Shown piece by piece: positions 1 through 8,747 of a stretch of 64,000 bases of DNA (positions are counted from its first letter, which is position 1; every line of letters begins with the position of its first letter). The position numbers and the translations under genes are program-made. The DNA lies in the IMG/VR virus record IMGVR_UViG_3300020172_001601, positions 124,001 through 188,000 of that record; one strand, written 5' to 3'. The notes beneath the pieces are model-generated. The model was given only the letters and a program-made list of their open reading frames with translations. It did no database searches and was not told the DNA's origin.

Positions 1-122
1 GCAAATGGGTTGTCCCTGTATGAAGGGGATGAAGATAAAAACCGTCTCGATTGGTCCAGTCGTGTCTTAGGAAGAGATGGCAAAGACCACCTGGATGTGC
101 GAACACCAAAAAAGGAACAGTA

Positions 123-611
123 ATGGGACTTGCATTGCGTGTAGATGGAAATACTTATGCTGAGTGGGCATATTCTGGATATGGTCAATTCAGGAAGAAG
201 ATTGCCGCTCAGGTCGGAATTGATCTCCATCAAATGGAAGGATTTCACAATGTTGATAAGTCAATATTGTCCATTCAGGGTTGGGAAGCCTACCGAGAAG
301 CAATTGAAACCGATCTGTCCCAGGAGAAGATTAGCTGGGACACAGTGAATGATCCCATCAAGATTTTGCTGAATCATTCTGATTGTGAGGGAGAAATCCC
401 GGCTGAGGATTGCAAAGTCTTGGCTGACCGGCTTGAGCAAATCATTAAGGAATGGCCTGAGCGGGTTAAATTGAAGACCGATCCTTTCTGGCAGGATCGA
501 GGCTATCCAGCAGAATTAGACCTGGATGCTTACGACACAACACAGGCAAAGGGTCTTATTGCGGGTTTGCGAGAAGCTGCTAAAATTGGCAAGCCCGTAG
601 AATTTTCCTGA
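123..611 (+). CDS. hypothetical protein
   Basis: ORF with AAGGA SD upstream of ATG 123; no recognised motif. Confidence 0.7.
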   Translation: MGLALRVDGNTYAEWAYSGYGQFRKKIAAQVGIDLHQMEGFHNVDKSILSIQGWEAYREAIETDLSQEKISWDTVNDPIKILLNHSDCEGEIPAEDCKVLADRLEQIIKEWPERVKLKTDPFWQDRGYPAELDLDAYDTTQAKGLIAGLREAAKIGKPVEFS

Positions 612-664
612 TACGATCACTCCTTTATTATGTCTGAAAGATATAATGAACCAAGGAGTAAATC

Positions 665-880
665 ATGGACAAAGACTACGCAAAAGCTGTTTCCAACTTC
701 GAGCAAGCGGGAGCGCACCTGGGAAACTTCGCCACATTATTGTTCACATATCATAAATCGCTATGTGAATCCGGCTTCCAGAGAGACGAAGCATTGGAAT
801 TGGTGAGAGAACTCCAGACGACCTTATTTGCACAGGCTTTTAATTTCGGCCCACAACCGAGTCAAGATGATGACGACTAA
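665..880 (+). CDS. hypothetical protein
   Basis: AAGGAG SD, 71 aa ORF. Confidence 0.7.
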   Translation: MDKDYAKAVSNFEQAGAHLGNFATLLFTYHKSLCESGFQRDEALELVRELQTTLFAQAFNFGPQPSQDDDD

Positions 881-913
881 AGTAATCATTGTTAAGCCAG
901 AAAGATTTGCAGG

Positions 914-943
914 AACGGTCGCTGTTTATAGGCGACCGTTTTT
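914..943 (+). terminator. intrinsic terminator
   Basis: stem aacggtcgc/gcgaccgtt followed by T run. Confidence 0.6.
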
Positions 944-961
944 CGTTACCGGAGCAATACA

Positions 962-1219
962 ATGAGTGACTGTGAAGTAGCCCAATTCAAAAGAATAAGC
1001 ATTCCTTTGATGAGGAGGATATATCCTCAGCTTATTGCCAACCAGATATGCAGTGTTCAGCCATTGGCTGGCCCAACTGGTTTAGTGCATTATTTGCGAT
1101 ATAAATATTCTGAGAACAAGGGTGGCATCATCAACACTGATGGCTGGACCATCAAACCCAAGAAGAAAAAGATTTGGCGTGACATCAACGATCCGTGGGA
1201 GCCTTCTAGCAATGGCTAA
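962..1219 (+). CDS. mini-protein containing a T4 gp23-like (Gol region) major capsid segment
   Basis: IPLMRRIYPQLIANQICSVQPLAGPTGLVHYLRYKY matches the conserved RRxxPxLIAxxIxxVQPxxGPTG segment of T4-like major capsid proteins; only 85 aa. Confidence 0.75.
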   Translation: MSDCEVAQFKRISIPLMRRIYPQLIANQICSVQPLAGPTGLVHYLRYKYSENKGGIINTDGWTIKPKKKKIWRDINDPWEPSSNG

Positions 1220-1466
1220 GAATATATGGTATCGTATACGCAAGACGCTTGGGATGTTGTCCTATGAGGAACGTCGCCTTGAATCGACTGAGTGGGCAAG
1301 GAACTCGATCAGGGCGCAAATGATACATCCTGATGTTGTTTTGGACGCATCCAAGATTACAAAGGGGGCCGAGAATATTCCCGGTCCTCAACCCGTTCCC
1401 AAAAAAGAGAAAGTGCGGCCCAGGTCAATTCTCGAAGATTGGGAAGTAACCCAAGATTCGGGCTGA
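1212..1466 (+). CDS. hypothetical protein with C-terminal RSILEDWE motif
   Basis: ORF overlapping the previous stop; C-terminal motif resembles those of its neighbours. Confidence 0.65.
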   Translation: MAKNIWYRIRKTLGMLSYEERRLESTEWARNSIRAQMIHPDVVLDASKITKGAENIPGPQPVPKKEKVRPRSILEDWEVTQDSG

Positions 1467-1510
1467 ACCTTTTGGCAGTGGCGCTCTCTAGGAGTGCAAG
1501 GAGAAATATC

Positions 1511-1915
1511 ATGGCAGTAAAGCAAGTTATCGTTTGGCGACACGATTTGGGTTGTCGAGTCGGGAAGAAGATGTCGCAAGCGGGTCATGCTGCTTTGGCC
1601 GACTTGTCGAACACGATTCGTGACAATGTTGATGCCGAAGGTAATGTATCGTTCAAGCTGTCGCCTGCACAGTTTGAGTGGTATTTGACGAACTTCCGCA
1701 AGATCGTTCTCCGTGTTGACAGTGAGGCCGACCTGTTGCTTCTGTACCATCGGGCGCAGGAAGTGGGGTTGCCGACTGAACTCATCATCGACAGCGGTTT
1801 GACGGAATGGGATCAGCCCACAAAGACTTGCATCGCTATCGGGCCAGCAGAAGATGCCGAGATTGACGAGATCACTGGCGAACGTGGCCCTTTGGGAAGA
1901 TTGAAGTTGATGTGA
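1511..1915 (+). CDS. pth2: peptidyl-tRNA hydrolase, Pth2 family
   Basis: KQVIVWRHDL..GKKMSQAGHA, KIVLRV, IIDSGLTE, TCIAIGPA..IDEITG..LKLM motifs. Confidence 0.9.
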   Translation: MAVKQVIVWRHDLGCRVGKKMSQAGHAALADLSNTIRDNVDAEGNVSFKLSPAQFEWYLTNFRKIVLRVDSEADLLLLYHRAQEVGLPTELIIDSGLTEWDQPTKTCIAIGPAEDAEIDEITGERGPLGRLKLM

Positions 1916-1957
1916 CCTTTACTGAATGGTGATTTTTGTGGTATATAATACAATACC

Positions 1958-2467
1958 ATGATTGCAACCATCATAATTGCCGCAGCGACCTTTTTCGTCC
2001 TGATAGCCTTAACGTATTGCTGCCTACGTTTATGGTCGGCACGGAATGCTTTACAACATAAACTTTCCGTGGTAGAATCGACAGTAGCGGAGCAGGCAAG
2101 ATGCCTTAGTGCATTTGGAGAGCGACTGTCTAGTGTTGAGGCTGCTCAAGAAGAAGAATTGACGCAAGATCAGGCCGAATACAGAGATCAGCTACAGGCA
2201 CAATACGCTGCCCTGTTCAAGCAGATCGAAGACAACATGAAGAACGATCTGAAGACGGCGAGAACCGAAACTTCAGACTTGGTGAAGAAAAGTCGTGCTG
2301 AATTCGACAAGAAGTTGAAGGACGAGTTCGAGAAAGCCTGCGAACAAATCAAGTTCAACGAAATCGAATACAAGCGAACAATCACCAAAAAGCGGAAAGA
2401 ATTCAGTCGCAAAAATGCAAAGAACGCCAAACCTCAGAGGATATGGCGATACATAGATGAAGAATAA
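1958..2467 (+). CDS. hypothetical membrane-anchored coiled-coil protein
   Basis: N-terminal hydrophobic helix, long heptad-like charged region, C-terminal IWRYIDEE. Confidence 0.7.
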   Translation: MIATIIIAAATFFVLIALTYCCLRLWSARNALQHKLSVVESTVAEQARCLSAFGERLSSVEAAQEEELTQDQAEYRDQLQAQYAALFKQIEDNMKNDLKTARTETSDLVKKSRAEFDKKLKDEFEKACEQIKFNEIEYKRTITKKRKEFSRKNAKNAKPQRIWRYIDEE

Positions 2468-2581
2468 CCCGTATAAAAGCGGGGTCGAGTGAACCCCGTT
2501 CATGCGGGCATTGTCCCTTTGAACGCAGAGGAAAAAATGGGTCCGTAGATACACGAAAGGAACCATCAACCGGAGGTCAGT

Positions 2582-3196
2582 ATGTCATTAGCACAGAGAA
2601 AAGTCTTAGTTTTGAACAAGTCGTGGACTGCCATTGGCGTCGTCACGTTGGAAAAGGCACTCAAGAAAGTCGCCGGAACCTACAAAGACGGTACACCGAA
2701 GGCACGCATCATCGACGCACTTCATGACTTTGCTATGCTGACCTGGGATGATTGGGCAAAACTCCGTCCAGCGGAAAACGAGCCAGCAATGCGTTCTGTG
2801 AACGCAGTGTTCCGTATTCCTGAAGTTATCCAGTACACTCGATACGACAAGCTGCCTTCACAGAAGGTCCACTACAACCGTAGGACTATCTACCGGCGTG
2901 ATGGTAACATCTGCCAGTATTGTGGAAAGCAGAAGCCGGGCAGTGAGTTGTCATTGGACCACGTTATCCCACGTTGCCAGGGTGGTTTGACCACCTGGGA
3001 AAACATTGTCGTGGCTTGCACTGACTGCAACGCACGGAAGGCTGGTCGTACTCCGAAGGAAGCCAATATGAAGTTGCTCTCTGTGCCTAAGAAGCCAAAG
3101 CACAACTTCTTCCCTGGTGATGTTCGGGTGAAGTCTTGGGAGCAATTCCTTGGCGAAGCGTACTGGCTCACAGAGCTAGAACATGACGGTGACTAG
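2582..3196 (+). CDS. HNH endonuclease (McrA-like)
   Basis: VLVLN N-terminus; RDGNICQYCG..SLDHVIPRCQGGLTTWENIVVACTDCNARK. Confidence 0.9.
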   Translation: MSLAQRKVLVLNKSWTAIGVVTLEKALKKVAGTYKDGTPKARIIDALHDFAMLTWDDWAKLRPAENEPAMRSVNAVFRIPEVIQYTRYDKLPSQKVHYNRRTIYRRDGNICQYCGKQKPGSELSLDHVIPRCQGGLTTWENIVVACTDCNARKAGRTPKEANMKLLSVPKKPKHNFFPGDVRVKSWEQFLGEAYWLTELEHDGD

Positions 3197-3219
3197 CTGT
3201 CTACGGATTGCTAAACAAT

Positions 3220-3258
3220 AGCCTCTGGCGTGTGGCGACATGCGCCAGAGGCTTTTTT
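3220..3258 (+). terminator. intrinsic terminator
   Basis: agcctctggcg/cgccagaggct stem followed by T run. Confidence 0.75.
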
Positions 3259-3275
3259 ATTCTTCATGGTGCGAT

Positions 3276-3680
3276 ATGGAAAAGTTATCACCCGCAGTTC
3301 AAAAACTCATTGCTATCCGCACCAAGTTGGAAGACGAGCGGCATCAATTTGCCCTGAAGCATGGCTTTGCATACAAGCGGGCGCAGGACTTCAAAAGCTG
3401 CGTAGTCATCCGTTGGAAAACATCTCGGAAGAAATACGAAATCAATTATCCTCGTCTCGATGAGTATGGCAAAATAACCCATGAACTCTCGGAAAAGTAC
3501 GACCTGTACGTTGAGGAATATCCACTGCTTAGTGCGGACCTTCGATTGTTGAAGGCAGGCATTTACGTTTTCTCATCATGGGATTATCAGGCATGGGCCA
3601 TCCCAAATGAAAACAAGGAAATTCAGGACTATGTTCTGAGCAAGTTACCTAAATGGGTCAAAGTGAGTGTGAAGAAATGA
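3276..3680 (+). CDS. hypothetical protein
   Basis: ORF coupled by ATGA overlap to the next gene; start uncertain. Confidence 0.65.
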   Translation: MEKLSPAVQKLIAIRTKLEDERHQFALKHGFAYKRAQDFKSCVVIRWKTSRKKYEINYPRLDEYGKITHELSEKYDLYVEEYPLLSADLRLLKAGIYVFSSWDYQAWAIPNENKEIQDYVLSKLPKWVKVSVKK

Positions 3681-4963
3681 TTCGCCCTATTCCGCTATCT
3701 CATGGCGTTGGGTTTTTCTCAATGCAGCAATTGCCTCAATTTGCAGGCAAGTACCGTGAGGAAAATGTCGGTCGCTATTGGAACTACTATGTCACTCCAG
3801 AGTGCCAGGAATGGCCCGAAGCTGTGACGTATAAGGGTCCGTATGTAATCGACGGGTTCTCCCCAAACCTCAACAAGAGTCTGCACGTCGGGCATCTACG
3901 TCAATTGGCCTTGGCCAAGTCTTTGGAGAGCATTATGAACTTTGCTCAACCTAAGCCTAATGCCAAGTTCGTTTCCCTATTGGGAGCTTCACAAGGCGTT
4001 TTTCAATACGCTACTGAGCAACTGAATGGATGGTTCGATTTCTTGAACTTCCATCCAGAGTTGCACTATGACGTATTGATGCCACGAGATCAGGAGATCG
4101 TTCCTCGTTACAAAACCAAGGTGCCGGTCAAAGACCCTATTTCGACTGACATTAACGGCAAGCCTTTCGAGCATGAAGAAGAATGTGAAGTATGGGATGG
4201 TCCCAATGGGCCTGTAATCGTCGTTCGTTGGGATGGGCGTCCTTTGTATGCCTTCCAAGACATTGCCTTCTCGAAGGTCGTGGGGCCGACGCATTACATC
4301 ACTGGCACTGAGCAACAGGAGCATTTTGCAAACCTGGGGCTGGGTGACAAACACTTGCCTATGGGCCTTGTATTGGGCGCTGACGGCAAGAAGATGAAGT
4401 CTCGTACTGGCGATAGTGTCACGGCGAAGGAAGTGCTGGATCAGATTGTATCGCAGCTTGATCCGACACCTGAGCCGAACAAGCTGGCGTGGAACGTCTT
4501 GGCGTGGAACTTCCTTCACGTCGCTCGTTCCAAGAGCGTGAAATATACACCGCAAGAATGGACGAAGCCGGATGCTCCGGGCATGTATATTTCCTACACT
4601 TATGCCCGTCTGCAATCGGCATTGGAATGGAACGAAAAAGAAGACCACCGAGTTGGGTCGCTCCGTTGGCTTTGGAACATGGAAGGGTTGGGACTCGACA
4701 AAGGCGAGTTGACTCAATCCGATTCTGAATTGCTTGGTCTGGCAAATCAACATGCTTACGCATTGCAGCGTAGCATTGATTCTCTCGACCCGGCGATTTT
4801 GGCAAATTACGCTTATGATCTGGCTTCCAAGCTGGGTACGGCGTATCATGGGGAAAAGATCAAGGGTGGTCGCCCAGGGTTCAAGTATGCCCTGATTTGT
4901 GCTACGCTTCACCTTCGTTTGTGTATGCACCAACTCGGCATGTTTCCTTTGGAGAATATTTGA
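3677..4963 (+). CDS. argS: arginyl-tRNA synthetase-like protein (N-terminally reduced)
   Basis: class I HIGH (SPNLNKSLHVGHLR) and KMSKS (GKKMKSRTG) motifs; DALR-type YISYTYARLQS..PAILANYAYDLA..LGMFPLENI. Confidence 0.8.
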   Translation: MIRPIPLSHGVGFFSMQQLPQFAGKYREENVGRYWNYYVTPECQEWPEAVTYKGPYVIDGFSPNLNKSLHVGHLRQLALAKSLESIMNFAQPKPNAKFVSLLGASQGVFQYATEQLNGWFDFLNFHPELHYDVLMPRDQEIVPRYKTKVPVKDPISTDINGKPFEHEEECEVWDGPNGPVIVVRWDGRPLYAFQDIAFSKVVGPTHYITGTEQQEHFANLGLGDKHLPMGLVLGADGKKMKSRTGDSVTAKEVLDQIVSQLDPTPEPNKLAWNVLAWNFLHVARSKSVKYTPQEWTKPDAPGMYISYTYARLQSALEWNEKEDHRVGSLRWLWNMEGLGLDKGELTQSDSELLGLANQHAYALQRSIDSLDPAILANYAYDLASKLGTAYHGEKIKGGRPGFKYALICATLHLRLCMHQLGMFPLENI

Positions 4964-5295
4964 TGGATGCTCAACAACGAGAAGCCGATCAGCGAGCTAT
5001 TGCTTCTGAAAGGAAGATGACAGACGCCGAGTTTCTTGAAACAATGTCAAGAACGGACTCGTTGATTGACCATGAACCTGATTCCACTTGTGGCATGTGT
5101 CATCACCAATTCGTGATGGCACAGGTCGCTCGTGATATGATTGCAGCGGGTGAGACGGAAGACGTAATCAAGAAGTGGTCCGATGAGGCCGAACGTCGCT
5201 GGCGATCATCTAAATTTGTTCAACTTTGGGATGAAGCTGTTGCTGCCGATAAAGACCCTAGTACGGTCTTTGAGGAACGTGGTTGGGAGCCTTAA
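4963..5295 (+). CDS. hypothetical protein
   Basis: TGATG overlap with the previous gene. Confidence 0.7.
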   Translation: MDAQQREADQRAIASERKMTDAEFLETMSRTDSLIDHEPDSTCGMCHHQFVMAQVARDMIAAGETEDVIKKWSDEAERRWRSSKFVQLWDEAVAADKDPSTVFEERGWEP

Positions 5296-5847
5296 ATGTC
5301 AGAACATGGAATCGTCAAAGACGGTCAGTGGGTGCCTTTGCCTCCAATCATGACTATTGAATCCCTGTTGGCTTATGGCTTCAAGGAATGGCCAGTCAGT
5401 CAACATGACAAGCATGATCGGCACTGGCAGTTCTGCAAGCGTGACGAAAAGGGCAAGAAGCTCTATGTTCAGGTGCGACTATGGGCCTTCAGCAAATATA
5501 GCAATTCAGAACGAATGGTAACAGATTCATTTGATGCCGAAGTTCAATTCGACATGAATGGCCCTAAGACATTCAATGTCAATATCAGCGTCAACAATAT
5601 GACTCCAGCACAGGTTGTTGAATGGTTCGAGAGGATGCACGATATAATGGGATGCACTCACTATGAAGTGTATGCCGATGACCAATACAACGAAGAGGGC
5701 GAGAAGACTCACTACGACTGTGATAAATGTGGAAGATATTTGCCACCAGAAGAAGCTGTCGCACCGTTTCTTTGCCCTGGTTGTAAGTACGAAACAGAGA
5801 GTGGTTTTAAGCAAGTTACCAGAAAGGTCAAAGTAAAGCGTAGATAG
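5296..5847 (+). CDS. hypothetical protein with C-terminal zinc ribbon
   Basis: CDKC...CPGC. Confidence 0.7.
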   Translation: MSEHGIVKDGQWVPLPPIMTIESLLAYGFKEWPVSQHDKHDRHWQFCKRDEKGKKLYVQVRLWAFSKYSNSERMVTDSFDAEVQFDMNGPKTFNVNISVNNMTPAQVVEWFERMHDIMGCTHYEVYADDQYNEEGEKTHYDCDKCGRYLPPEEAVAPFLCPGCKYETESGFKQVTRKVKVKRR

Positions 5848-5848
5848 C

Positions 5849-5877
5849 TTTACAATTTGGACCTCTCGTGGTAGAAT
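5849..5877 (+). promoter_or_regulatory. sigma70-type promoter upstream of the release factor gene
   Basis: TTTACA-17 bp-TAGAAT preceded by TGG. Confidence 0.75.
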
Positions 5878-5913
5878 GTAGAAGTCCAGCAAACTTTTTT
5901 GGAGATTACTGCA

Positions 5914-6721
5914 ATGAGCAAGAACAACCAGTGGCACAGTCAGGAGCGTAAGGGCGATTCATCGGCGATGGTCTGTCTTTAACTCCGCTAAAACTCTTAT
6001 CCTCGAACTGCATGGCGGGGAAGGTGGCGAAGACTCGAAGTTATTCGTCGCCGATTTACTTGAAACCTATCTCAAATACGCTTCCAACTGTGGATTAGGC
6101 TATGAAGTCCTGACAAAAGAACACGGTCACGCAATTGCCAAGATCACAGGCAAAGGCGTCTGGAAAGCGTTTCAAAACGAACCCGGCAAACACGTTGTAC
6201 AGCGTGTCCCACCCACAGAGCGTGGTGGGCGACGGCAAACCTCTATTGTGACGGTTGCTGTAATGCCGCTGCCTCCTGAGAACACTCAGGAGCCGCTTCG
6301 TGAAAAAGACCTGGACATTATCTTCCAGACGGGCAAGCAGAAGGCAGGCGGTCAAAACGTCAATAAAGTGGCGTCAGCCGTCCGCATGAAGCATAAGCCG
6401 ACTGGAATGATGGTCTTCATCAACGGTAGAGATCAGAAGCAAAATCTCGATGAGGCGTTGCGCATATTGACTTTCAAGGTCAATGAGCAAAAGCGGCTCA
6501 AGATCGAGGGCGAATACGATCAATCCCGTAAGACGCAAATGATGAGCGGCGGTGATCGAATTGGTGGTAGAGGCGATAAAATTCGCACCTACAACTTCAT
6601 TCAGTCTCGTGTCGTGGATCACAGGCTTGGTCGCAAAACGGCCAACATTAAAGAGGTCATGAAGGGCAATTTCTCCATCCTGTTCAATGATGGAGAAATG
6701 TCTGGCAGTGACGACGAATAA
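5914..6721 (+). CDS. prfA: class I peptide chain release factor, RF1-like, expressed through a +1 programmed frameshift (about 268 aa)
   Basis: GGAG SD, ATG 5914, 22 codons, then CTT TAA C; the +1 frame gives LILELHGGEGGEDSKLF..KHVVQRVPPTE..TSIVTVAVMP..AGGQNVNK..KIRTYNF..RVVDHR and has no ATG/GTG/TTG of its own before 6248. Confidence 0.85.
5977..5983 (+). other. prfB-like +1 frameshift site CTT-TAA-C
   Basis: same slippery codon and position as prfB CTT-TGA-C, but the stop is UAA. Confidence 0.8.
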
Positions 6722-6741
6722 CTCGATTTTGCTTAATCGAG

Positions 6742-6776
6742 GGCCAGCATCTTCTTTGGGGGTGCTGGCCTTTTTT
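6742..6776 (+). terminator. intrinsic terminator
   Basis: ggccagcatc/ggtgctggcc stem followed by T6. Confidence 0.75.
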
Positions 6777-6822
6777 ATTCGCTCGTACTCCTTTGATATA
6801 TCCAGCTTCAAAGGAGCATATT

Positions 6823-7140
6823 ATGTGGCTTGAATTAGGCAAAGAACGACCGGGCGGTGTCCCACAGAACAATCCACGAATTTGGGTCAATACAGACCAT
6901 ATCGTGCGTGTAGAATTCATTCAGGAAGGTGCGGTATTGACCGCTACAGTCATCTCTACGAAGCCGGGCGGTTCAGATCGCACGATATTCAAAGGTGATG
7001 ACGCAGAACGATTAAGACTGACTTTGAACATGGAACGCTCTCGTCCTGGTTGGCAACCATTGCTCGACTATGAGATGCCAGCGGAACCAGACCTCTTCCA
7101 AAAGGCTGTCCAAAAGGCTGATAAAAAACCAAAGAAATAA
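6823..7140 (+). CDS. hypothetical protein
   Basis: AAGGAG SD. Confidence 0.7.
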   Translation: MWLELGKERPGGVPQNNPRIWVNTDHIVRVEFIQEGAVLTATVISTKPGGSDRTIFKGDDAERLRLTLNMERSRPGWQPLLDYEMPAEPDLFQKAVQKADKKPKK

Positions 7141-7185
7141 GCGAACCCGTTTTGCTTATTTCCTGTCAAGTGAACGGAGGGAAAA

Positions 7186-8112
7186 ATGGCAAACGTAATT
7201 AAAGAACTGTACGACAAGAGATTGACCAATCTCGGCGGTCATCGCTGGATTCCAGACAACATGCACTACATCACCATGATGGGTAGTGTGGCCTATGGTG
7301 TTTCAAACGACACGTCTGACACGGACATTTATTCCTTTTGTATTCCACCAAAGGAAGAATTGTTCCCGCATCTTCGTGGCGAAATCGTAGGCTTTGGTGA
7401 TGCCGTACACGCCAACAATAGATTCACCAATTACCAAGAACACCACATCAAAGATGTCGGTGCCGAGAAAGAATACGACCTCAACATTTACAACATTGTT
7501 GACTTCTTTCAGTTGGTGATGGAAAACAACCCTAACATGATCGACTCTCTGTTTACGCCCCAATGGTGCGTATTGCACAGCACTAGAGTCGGCCAGATGG
7601 TTCGAGAGCAGAGAAAGATATTTCTTCACCTGGGATCGTGGCACACTTTTAAGGGCTATGCTTATTCACAGCTAAAGAAGTGTGGGTCAAAGAAGCGAAC
7701 CGGGAAGCGAAAGCAAGTGGTAGACGAAATGGGCTTCGACCCGAAATTCGCTTACCATATTGTGAGAAATCTGAATGAAATCGAACAGATTCTCACAGAG
7801 GGCGATCTGGACCTACAGCGAAATAGAGAACAATTGAAGGCTATTCGCCGTGGAGAATGGTCGCTCGAACAGATAGAAGAATATTTTGAGCGGAAGGAAC
7901 TTGAGCTAGAAACTCTGTATAATGAGAATAAAGCCGGTTTACCTTGGGGGCCTAAACACGATGGTTTGCAAGAGAAAGTTAAGCAACTTCTCTTTCAGTG
8001 CCTCGAAGAACACTATGGATCGCTTGACAAATGTATTGTCAATCCAGATGCCGCAGTGATGGCTCTCCGGGAGGTTGGCGACGTTCTCGCAAAATACAGA
8101 AACCTTCTATGA
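7186..8112 (+). CDS. DNA polymerase beta superfamily nucleotidyltransferase (RlaP/Nuc-transf-like)
   Basis: GSVAYG..SDTDIY motif; NNPNMIDSLF; FKGYAYSQ; KFAYHIVR. Confidence 0.8.
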   Translation: MANVIKELYDKRLTNLGGHRWIPDNMHYITMMGSVAYGVSNDTSDTDIYSFCIPPKEELFPHLRGEIVGFGDAVHANNRFTNYQEHHIKDVGAEKEYDLNIYNIVDFFQLVMENNPNMIDSLFTPQWCVLHSTRVGQMVREQRKIFLHLGSWHTFKGYAYSQLKKCGSKKRTGKRKQVVDEMGFDPKFAYHIVRNLNEIEQILTEGDLDLQRNREQLKAIRRGEWSLEQIEEYFERKELELETLYNENKAGLPWGPKHDGLQEKVKQLLFQCLEEHYGSLDKCIVNPDAAVMALREVGDVLAKYRNLL

Positions 8113-8747
8113 AATTCATTCCGACAGATGTTGAACACTGCACGGTTGTCATGATGGATCGCTATTATGACAACCGTGGTTTTTTTCAGGAACTCTACGA
8201 ACAAGACAAATACACGCATGGCATCGAGTTATTGAATTGGCAACAAACCAATTGGTCCGTAAGCAATAAGAATGTATTGCGAGGAATCCATGTTGCTAAT
8301 TATGCCAAGCTAGTCACATGCGTCTCAGGGAAAGTATGGGACTTGGTAGTTGATCTTAGAACAAACTCGCCAACTTTCTTAAAGCACGTCGGAGTTGAAC
8401 TGACTCCTGATGAACCCAAACAAATCTATGTGCCGCCAGGATGTGGACACGGCTTTGTGTCGCTTGAAGACAACTCTTCTGTTGTTTATATGCAAACTGG
8501 TCGTTTTGCCAAAGAAGGTGAATTGACAGTTATGTATAACGAACCCAATCTCAACATTCAATGGCCCGGCGAAAACCACACCATATCAGAACGTGATAAA
8601 GGTGGTCAGCCACTATGGTCATTTCAGATGTGTTTATCTGAAGAAATAGACTACAAACTGAATGATGAACTTCAATCTGTATGGGTCGCCTCTCTTCCTC
8701 CAGAAAGCCAGGAAGAGTGGAACAAAAAGTATCCTAAGTTAGAATGA
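8109..8747 (+). CDS. rmlC: dTDP-4-dehydrorhamnose 3,5-epimerase
   Basis: DNRGFFQE, QTNWSVS..VLRGIH, KLVTCVSG..DLVVDLRTNSPTF, YVPPGCGHGF. Confidence 0.9.
   Translation: MKFIPTDVEHCTVVMMDRYYDNRGFFQELYEQDKYTHGIELLNWQQTNWSVSNKNVLRGIHVANYAKLVTCVSGKVWDLVVDLRTNSPTFLKHVGVELTPDEPKQIYVPPGCGHGFVSLEDNSSVVYMQTGRFAKEGELTVMYNEPNLNIQWPGENHTISERDKGGQPLWSFQMCLSEEIDYKLNDELQSVWVASLPPESQEEWNKKYPKLE

Noticed and set aside
5845-5916. Double-TAG readthrough fusing 5296-5847 to the release factor
   Set aside because: It is in frame, but the interval holds a consensus promoter and SD for the RF gene, so coincidence is more likely.
6248-6721. ORF-track start of the release factor at GTG 6248
   Set aside because: It would remove the PCRF domain and the PxT loop; the upstream +1 frameshift explains the full protein.
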